DNA of 64,000 bases from Phoronis australis (lineage: Eukaryota > Animalia > Phoronida), in assembly GCA_002633005.1 (NCBI GenBank), contig NMRA01000022.1, positions 1,170,518 to 1,234,517 on the forward strand. The letters are read 5' to 3'. Position 1 is the first letter of the stretch. Each line of letters begins with the position of its first letter. The notes beneath the pieces were generated by a model. It saw nothing but the letters and a program-made list of their open reading frames with translations, did no database searches and had not been told where the DNA came from. A program made the position numbers and the translations under genes. This document shows, piece after piece, positions 55,005 through 64,000 of the stretch.

Positions 55005-57387
55005 CTATCGCTAGTATTTTGACTGTCGGCTTAACTGACCAGTCAGAACGCAACATCCTTGACACACCTTCGTCTGCATTTCCAAGCCACCATTTCACCC
55101 GACAAAGAACATGTTGTCAGATAAACCTTATTTTAGTAGTTATCGCAGGAAACTGTGCGATAAGAATGGTGCAACGGTGTTGCTATTGCGCGTGTAACTC
55201 CGACAGTTGCTACGCAGCTCTAGTAGAATATCCCGTCACTGTTTGGGCATTTCCTAAACCGAAATGTGATGTCAAAAGGTGTAAACGATAGATTAACTGT
55301 GTGGGCGGCCACACGAGCAGCTGAACTTTTCAATGTTGCTTGGTTATTCAAATTTCTCATATGACCTGGAATGTGTTACGGCACGACTAGTTAATAACCC
55401 CGAGTACCTAAATTTTGATATTACATGGGCAAACCATAAACTAGTGCAATGTAGAAATCCATGCGCCCTTATATTTTATCGTCTACATAACACTAAAACA
55501 ACCAAACGCGCGCCCACCAAACAACTCCGGAATTCCGACAAGGTGACAAGGGTAAGGCTGGCAAATCGGGTGTCGCAACTGTACGTACTCCCAGTCGGAA
55601 AGACATTCAAACAACTTCCATACACATGTTTATTCAAACGTAGATGAGCCCCAGCTCCAGAAACGCGGCGAGACTGTCTTGCTGTGCCCTCTCAAGGTCA
55701 ATTTAGTGCTCACGCACGGGGAAACCTTACTGAGTGTTGCTGACTTATTTATAATTATTTCTTTAAGTTTTAATATTACAACTTCAAAGACTATTTATCA
55801 GATTCTAACTTGAAGATTTTCTACGGAAGCTGAATGCAATTTACAATTATTAAGCTTAAAATAAACCTAATAACAAAAAGTAACTGAGTTACTTTACATT
55901 GCGCAAGCGTGTTTTTACAAAAGTTGCGTCGTGTGGTTGAAAGTTTTAGACACGTCAAGTTTTTCAGAAAAAGGTCGTTTTAACAGTTCATGTGAGAAAA
56001 CTAATCCTACAACCGCTTCACATTTATGATAAGGGTAAAAACTCTTGGAAATTTCGTCAAAATCCCGAGGCTTCCCATGTTATCAACCTGAGACTCGCCC
56101 CGTGTAGGATTCTCTATATATTTGTTCTAAGATACGTACATGTACGTGCTTTTCAGTTAGGTGGCTATAGTGTAGGGCTATCTGGTTTTGACTCTCGAGT
56201 TTCGCTCGTCTGGCCGCCTAAGTCTCGACACCTGCTATTCGATCGGCAGAGGAGGTGCATTAGATTACTGAATTCAAAGCGTTGTTCGACCAGCTGTCAC
56301 GAAAAATAGAAACAGTTAAGTTACTCTTTGTTAAGAACCTCTGGTTTACACTTCGGCTCTAGAGTTATAGCTCATTTTGTTGTGGTTTAAACATGATGCT
56401 TGGATTTCAGAAGCTTTAACAAAGAATTTGACTTAATTTTGTAAATAGTTATTTTTGCTGCTACACTCACTTTTTAACCATACTTCAGCTTAGTGACCAT
56501 GCTACGTTTAAAAGTAGTAAAAGATTCCTTTATGCAATGAGAATACGAACAATATGAAGTTCATTAGAAGGTAGTTCTAACTTAAATGTCTTTTAAGGGT
56601 GCAATTGCGGCCAATGTCTTGCATTAATTTGACTTGGATACAGCCCTAAACTTACCGGAGCCAGCTGTTTGCTTAGCACAAGATAAGTGAACCTGTTTTA
56701 TTTTAAATCAAAATTTTTCTCTATAAGATTGGAAAGGCGTAAACAGTGGTATCGACCAGAACAACTTTAATCTGGAAATCCCATCTTATCATCTACTTTT
56801 CATTTGACGGAATTTAGTAGACGGCAGCATAAAAATATCGGTGAATCTTCATTGATTTTTTTCAAAATATCCTGAAATCTATGGCATCGTACAGACGATT
56901 ACGATTCTAAGAAGATGTATTCCCGGCTTTACATGAACACATCGCGTCAGTGGTCTAGTCATTTGTTACTTTCGCTGCCTTCAAAATAATTTTACTTGAG
57001 CACTTACTATGTCATCGTCTCCTTTACAAATGTTCAAATCGTGAATGTACGATTCTAAGCTAAAAACTATCACCTGTTGCCTTTTCGTATAGTGCAAAAA
57101 ACAACCATCGATTCCATCAAGAACTTGGTTCAGCGACAGGGTATTTGCCTCGACATAAATGTATTGTTTGTTTGTCGGGTGTCACGTGTCACGGAGCTTG
57201 TGATAAGTGAATTAGTGTTTGCAACCAAATGATGTCGGATCCCCAATACCCCCGTTATAAGAGCAGAAGACCTATAATCTAGCATTATGCCTCGTTTCAT
57301 TTTGTTTTAGTTTCCTTTGTTTCAGTTTCTCTTTTTGTCTTATTTGTACCAAACATGTGATAATGTTTGATTGCAAAGTATCTATAC

Positions 57388-57483
57388 CTCCCTCCAACCC
57401 TCCCTCCCACCCTCCCTCCCTCCATCTGTCTCTCCCCCTCTCTCTCACTCTCTCATTCTCCCCCTCCCTCTTCCTCTTCCTCC
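57388..57483. repeat. (CCCT)n/(CT)n polypyrimidine tract
   Basis: Direct inspection. Confidence 0.85.
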
Positions 57484-58262
57484 ATTCACTATTATTGGGG
57501 GTATTCAGATCCCAACACTTCCTCACCAGACGTTACGCCCTTACCTTTTTTCCAAAACGCCACTCCAATCAATCGTTACCATTTTGAGAGAAGGAGCAGG
57601 AATATCCGAATCCGCGCTGTCACTATCTTATCTGAAAGAAACCAGGAGAATAGAGTTAGCACTGATGTTAGTTGTTCGAATGGATAAATTAAGGATTGCT
57701 CTAAAACCCCTCAACCCATAACCATCTCGACCCATGACCTCCGCGACCCACGACCCATGATCTCTCGACTCAGTCTACGCAAGCTCGACTAGATCTGAAC
57801 ATACAATAGAACAAGCGCTGACTTTCGTTACCAAAGACCCAGGCCGTGACCTCGGTTGGCTCTTCCTTGTTTATTCTCCTGCACTCAAGAGAGTGGATTC
57901 GGCAAACTTGAAAGCCAAAAAAAAAACAGAAAAAATACAACAAAAATCAAAACCAATGTCCTACCAGCGTTAAAAATGTCGTTGCCGGCAGAGCGTTTTT
58001 GTCTCGTCTGGTTTTTTGGAAGAGTGTGAGGAACTGATAAATATGTAATTTCTTCAGTAAATACAGTTTGAAAAAAAAAACAACTGTTGCCTAAAAAGAA
58101 TTTAACGCTATATGGAGTATTTTGTAAACGAGAATACAACAAAAAGCAAATACTGCGGAAAATGTGAAATTGTGTACATTCATTGCAGCGTACTCTCTCC
58201 TTAAGTTTAGTAGAACAGGCCATTGGTAAGGGCTTGTGCAACTATTTCCGTGATAACGATAG

Positions 58263-58278
58263 CACACACACACACACA

Positions 58279-58323
<45 letters not shown>

Positions 58324-58349
58324 GCACGCACACACACACACACACACAC
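58263..58349. repeat. (CA)n microsatellite with CACG interruptions
   Basis: Direct inspection. Confidence 0.98.
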
Positions 58350-58471
58350 AATCCGCTATTTCAGATCATGTTAGGTCACTTTCATTTTTAACTACCAGAC
58401 TTGAGCCAGAGCAGAATCGCTTGTAGGAATGTATGGTCGGCGTACGATAGGTGCCGCGCCGTCCATGGTTA

Positions 58472-58538
58472 CATAGGCGGTGCACCATAGGGGGGCGGGG
58501 CGATAGCCCCCACTTATTTCAGGGCTGCGCCGCCCATG
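58472..58538. mobile_element. Tiny MITE of the CATGGGCGGCGCA-TIR family
   Basis: cataggcggtgca...tgcgccgcccatg. Confidence 0.65.
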
Positions 58539-60069
58539 GTATGTCTTATGGGAAAGTCTTCCAGCGACGTAATATAATTCTGAAGTATGTAAAAAGCGTA
58601 AAGATACATCTATTGCCACAGGTCGCGGGTCTAAAAGGTTGTGAGTCGAGGGGGTCCCCATGCCAAATGACGTCGATTGAAGTCACTAGGTAAAGTTTAA
58701 TTTGCAAGATCCAAGCGACGGCGTAAGCTAAATTCTCCGATATAAGGCACTATACAAGTACATGTATCGTAGCTGCAGGTTAATATTTAGGTTTCAAATC
58801 AACATGTATCTCTTATGTCAATAAAGGGTTTTCAAAAGTTATATGAGTTACTGGTCTTTCACTCGCCATCGTGTTTTCCGTCTGAGTTTTGATAGATTTC
58901 GCTTGTCATGGATACGGCATTTACTTTACAAGTTTTCTGGTTAGTCTATCCCAAATCATTCCAGACAGCCCAGTGCAATATTTTTGTCATTTGTTCGTTT
59001 TTTACGTCACAATTGAGAAGACATGTCGGGGGTCCCGAGTTGACTATAGACCCTTCCTTGCTCGAGCTGATGCTTTTCACTGAGGAGAAATGTATTCATT
59101 TGAACACCGTCGATAAGGCCCCTTCATACCCGTTGTCGCCCTTCAAATTACGGAAGGGTTTTTCCGCACACCGCGCATGCTCTTCCAAAAGGTTCTCACT
59201 CACGCTTTTCATTCTTGTTTCTGTTCGACTGTGAAGCACAATTTTGTTGCGTTTTGTTTTTAGTGTGGAATTGGCTTCGTAACAACACTGCCGAAATGAA
59301 ATCATTTTAAAGAAATCTATAATGTGCTCTTCAAGTAGACGTAATCGTTTTATTACAATCATTAGACTTGCAAATAGTGAATAGTTCTGTATTTTCTTAC
59401 AGCATTTTATATGTCGATTGCCTTTCTTTATTATAAGGATATTTCCAAGACCTTTTTGAAGAGTTTCGGGCTAATGGAGTCGTTTTCTCTTGTTCAAAAT
59501 TTCAGAACATCTAATTACCAATGTGAATTTTCTTGATTTGAGTCCCAGTGCAGTCCTTGCAGAAGTTTTTATGTTATAGCCTTCACTGGCTTTCTGAACC
59601 CAAACAGGTGCACAGATCCCCTGTAACAAGCAGCAACAGTCTGTTCTTCAGTCGTGTAGGGCATTACAAAATTAACCAAACATTGAACACGCAATTCAAA
59701 CTCTTATGTTTCACCTTCTTTTATCCGTTACTATTTGGTCATATTTCCTCTGTACATATCTTTAGGTCAATCATTATCACCTGACTTTCCATATTACGTC
59801 GTCAAACAACTATGTGTTTTGTACTCACTTGCAACAGAACTAACTGGTTTCCCAAGATTGAATTTACATGTTGTGCTTTTCAACTAAGTTGCTATTTATG
59901 TACCTGTAAGTGAGCCTATGATATAATTTTGTTTTTGAAAATGACTTCCTTAATTGTCCAGACTATCTTATTCGTTTAACAACCCTTGAAATTTCAATAA
60001 GCATTGGTGTATTAATTGTTAAATACGGCTATCCTTTGAGTGCCTCGAGTTGTGTGAGTTTCACTGGTC

Positions 60070-62956
60070 TTGGAATGTTTTCCCCCGCATGGTCACAGTT
60101 CAATTCTTCTCCGTCACGGGCATCGAATGAGATATCACGCTATACGGGTTCAGCTTACAGATGTGTCTTACTATTGTTTACATAACACCTGTATGGATTA
60201 TGGAATCGTCATTGGCATGTGCCCCCTTTTAGATGGCGATGTTGTAGAAAATCCTGGGCCTGAAGACAATACTAGCTTTAAAATCTTATTTTCAAATATT
60301 AACAACATTAAATCCAACAATTTCTCCAGATTCCAACTTCTAAAAAACTTAGTTCTGTCTTACGATTATATGATTGTCGCTCTTTATGAAACTTGTAATA
60401 TTACCAAAGACGACCTTGATAATGAACTCATCATTCCTGGTTACAGTGTAGCCTATCACAGTAACAGTGGCCGTGGCATCATCTTGTTCTCTAAAAACGC
60501 ACTCTCATTTAAATTATGTCCTCATTTATGCAACTGCTGGATCGAAATTTATTTCGATCACAGAAAAATTTACTATGGGTTGTTTTATCGCTCATCGTCT
60601 CAATCTCCAACTGAAAGAAAACTCTACTTCAAACCCTAGCCGATCATTTAGCGGAACTTAACCGCAGTAGCGTTAGTATAATCATCAATGGTGATTTCAA
60701 TGCCCGAAACTCTACATGGCACAATGATGATCAGCTGAAGTAGGTAACATTCCCTTTCTTTGTGAACGTTGTCGCAAGCAACTGTCTGACATCCTGGCTA
60801 ATCAAACTGATGTCCGGAAGTATCTCAATGAAATTGACCCCAATAAGAATGATGGCACAGCTTTAATAACCAGCAAGATGATCAAAATGATTGCCAACGA
60901 AATTACCATGCCCCTGACCAAGCTGTTTAACAAATTTCTTCAGCTAGGTATTTATTCGTCTTCTTGGAAACATGGAGTTTTGGTCCCTATACACAAAAAA
61001 GCTCCAAAACTGAAATTTCAAATTATCGCCCAACAACTTTACTTAACACCCTGTCCAAAATCTTAGAGAAGATCGTTGCTCAAAGTATTTTTACATTTCT
61101 CAAACAAAACAACTTGATCTATCATAGTCAATTTGGTGTTTTGCGTGGGAACAGCACCGTGGCACAACTTGTTGAAATAGTACATGAGATTTATTTACAT
61201 TTTTGAAGGGCGAGAGTGTCAGGTCCATTTTTCTAGATATAGCTTCTGCTTTCGACTATGTCCCTCACGACCTTCTACTTCACAAACTTCGATCCTATGG
61301 CATTACTGGTAATCTTTTAAACATGATCACCTCATATCTCTCCGAAAGAACATACAGTGTTCGTGTCGACGGTGTACTTTCAACATTATCCTCTCCTGGA
61401 TTTGTAAACGCAGGTGTACCACAGGGTAGCGTATTGGGCCCTCTTCTCTTCTTGGTTTATATCCTTGACCTTCCTGATAACCTGTCATGTAGCACATACC
61501 TTTATGCAGATGACACGGCGCTTTTTTACCCCTTCGCAGGGAGCAGCCTTGAATGTTCATTTTAGCTTCAACACGACTTAAACAAACTCACCTATTGGTC
61601 ACAAGAATGGAGAATGGATTTTAAACCAGAGAAAAGCGTTGACCTCACCTTCTCCAAATCTATGAATGCTCTCTTCCTTGTTGACCGGTCTTATGACCAT
61701 AAACTTAATGATGAAATCATTCCTAGAAAACAGTCGCACAGACATCTGGGTATGCTGTTAGATGGAAAACTCTCATTCACCCCTCACGTTCGGGAGTTCG
61801 TACAAAAAAACTCAGGAACTAATTAACCCACTTAAACTTGTCTCTCGTCATCTGCATTCTACACATTTAGAAGTTTTGTTCAAATCCTTTATACTTCCAC
61901 ACATTGATTATTGTGATAGTATATATCAGTCTGCCAATACGGGTGCACTCCAACATTTGGAGAAGTTACAATATCAAGCTGCCTTACTCATAACCGGAGC
62001 TTACAGGGGATCCAATAGTGTTAAGGTTTTGAATAGTCTCAAGTGTCCCCAACTGTCTACGCGACGCAATCTTCTCATGACCACAATTACTTTCAAGGTA
62101 ATAAACAATGTTAACACCGTTTCTGTCAAAAAATATTTGATCTATACACTAGACAAGGCCATCGTAGTGATTTGAGAACCTCCACCCCATATGCAATTCC
62201 TCCGTCGTTCAGTCAGGCATTCAGAAGGTCTACAGTCATGATGTGCATCAACAACTAGAATTTTCTTCCAGTCTCTGTTAAGGAAAGCAACTCTTTTACG
62301 AGTATAAAAAATAATTTTAGAAATGTTTTTCATAATTTTGATAACTCAACATCCTTAACTCAATTCTCTTTTCCCGGCGATAACGAAATAGCATTGTACA
62401 GATCAAGATGTGGCCTTTTCCTCAACTCTGACAAGTTCAGGCACAACTTTAGTAATGTCTCTCCAAACTGAAAATGTGGTGACCATCAATCTTATAATCA
62501 TATGTTCTTCAAATGTCCCCTCATCGAATACCTGAGAGACTCACTATTTCGTGCACTCAATGAAAACCAATCAATTGTTAACGCTCTCAATTCTTGTAAT
62601 AAAATATCTACTAGAGTTACATTATTATTGAATGGTAGTCCTAACCTTCACCTAGTTCTCAACGAATTCCTCCTAAGCAACGTTAGTAAATATTTATGTA
62701 CCGTTTATCAGTATTGTTGCATCTGATTTCCATACATGAATCTGTACATATTTTTGTTTTTATATATTTGTAATAGCATATCTAAGTATTGGAATACTTA
62801 TATTAGATACTACTTAATTGTATATACCTCTATGTATATTAGTTTCATTTATGAATTGTTTACAACCCAGATATAATGCTTCGTGATATATGGGTTTGTC
62901 ATTATTTCTTTGTATGTTCTGTGTATTCTTCAATAAATATATATCTCTTTAAAAAA
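60070..62956 (+). mobile_element. Decayed CR1/L2-group (Crack/Daphne-like) LINE: 2A-like peptide, APE endonuclease, reverse transcriptase, C-terminal Cys/His motif, A-rich 3' end
   Basis: APE motifs ILFSNIN, VALYET, GRGII, GLFYR, GDFNAR (60690). RT motifs NYRPTTLL..LSKILEK, IFLDIASAFD.VPH, GVPQGSVLGPLLFLVY, LYADD (YADD 61503-61514). SPN*KCG..HMFFKCP. AATAAA at 62932. Many frameshifts and stops. Confidence 0.95.
60235..60261 (+). other. 2A/StopGo-like motif GDVVENPGP (one substitution from GDVEENPGP)
   Basis: ggc gat gtt gta gaa aat cct ggg cct, in frame and directly upstream of the APE domain. Confidence 0.8.
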
Positions 62957-64000
62957 TCAAACCCCTTTGAAATGACACAGATAACAAGTGGATGCTATTA
63001 CAAGGAGAACTCAAGGGACATAATTATTCAAAGTTGGTTCTTTTTGAGTGACTGGAAAATGTACTTCAGCAAGGCAAGCATATAGACAATGTGACTGCTC
63101 ATACATGTACATTTAGGCTCACTAGATGTGAAATAGGTTTTCTGAAACATGGGGGTCGCTGGGTATATTACGTATGTTTTACCAAAATAATTTATAAACC
63201 CACGTATATTCAAGGAAACTGTTTTTACTTAGACAATCTATTGCTTTGAAACTTGTCTCGAATTTTCCGTTTCCAAGGTAGGAAGTGATTTCGGGGCTTG
63301 TAAATTTCTATGAGTTTGTTATTGGTTAAAACTACCCATTGCTCGTCGAGTAACAACTTGTAAAATGTTGGAGTCTGTTTTTCATTCACATTCCGCTGGT
63401 ACATGAATTTCAAAGCTTTTTAATGAGACGGACAAGAAAATGATGTCATAACGAGTAACATAGCATTGTGAATGCAGTCACGAGTGTGGAACAGTTTAAA
63501 GTACTTATCTTAAGGGTGTAATGTAGTTCAAAAAAATTAAAGTGTTTTCCCAATTAAATAATATGTAACATGGTATGATGTTCACCTATTTTCTGTTATC
63601 AAACTAAAAGCCTTTATTAGCACAGTTTTGTACCACGGCCAACATCAGAAAATCATCGACTTTTCCCGTCTATTTCAGCCACCTGAGTTCCTGTGCAACA
63701 GTTCAGAAACGATTCCTGAATGGCAGTCCTGTTGTCCCTGAAAACGTATTGTTATCGCCGTGAGCGTAAATGCGTTGTTATTTTGTTTGGTTGTTTTTTG
63801 AGTTCCTTTTGGGCCTTTGTATACAAATTCGGTTATTTATTTCCAAATTTCTCCTATTTTTTGCATATGGCGAATGGTATTAGTAAAAAACCATACGTTT
63901 GTGAAGAGTACGTCGCATCTCCCACAGCCAACACTGGGTTACTGAAGTCAGCCCTGACACATCGCGAGAGTACGTCAAATGTCGTGAGTGTTTAGGTAAT

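Noticed and set aside
57272-58426. ORFs with poly-HT, poly-CV or PPSL content
   Set aside because: Artefacts of (CA)n and (CCCT)n repeats.

Overview
AT-rich, repeat-rich eukaryotic DNA, most consistent with a marine invertebrate animal. Almost all of it is intron of one large minus-strand gene, an Epac2/RAPGEF4-like cAMP-regulated Rap GEF. Two exons of the N-terminal cyclic-nucleotide-binding domain (CNB-A) are clear (39996-40084, 18211-18357). A third 369-bp phase-compatible linker exon is likely (972-1340). The gene probably extends past both window ends. The introns hold decayed mobile DNA: a CR1/L2-group LINE with a 2A-like (StopGo) peptide before its endonuclease, RTEX-like LINE pieces, a TTAA-flanked Kolobok element with a broken THAP domain, a CAC..GTG TIR element, MITEs, tRNA-derived SINE heads, two minisatellites and a 120-bp palindrome. 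The most striking signal is the 8-mer TACATGTA, seen about 30 times by eye versus about 2 expected. At three sites with an internal comparator it is an exact 6-bp insertion at a TA, as expected for DNA-transposon excision footprints. Nearly all ORFs in the track are spurious. No prokaryotic features or CRISPR arrays were seen. All family calls come from motif recognition without database searches.
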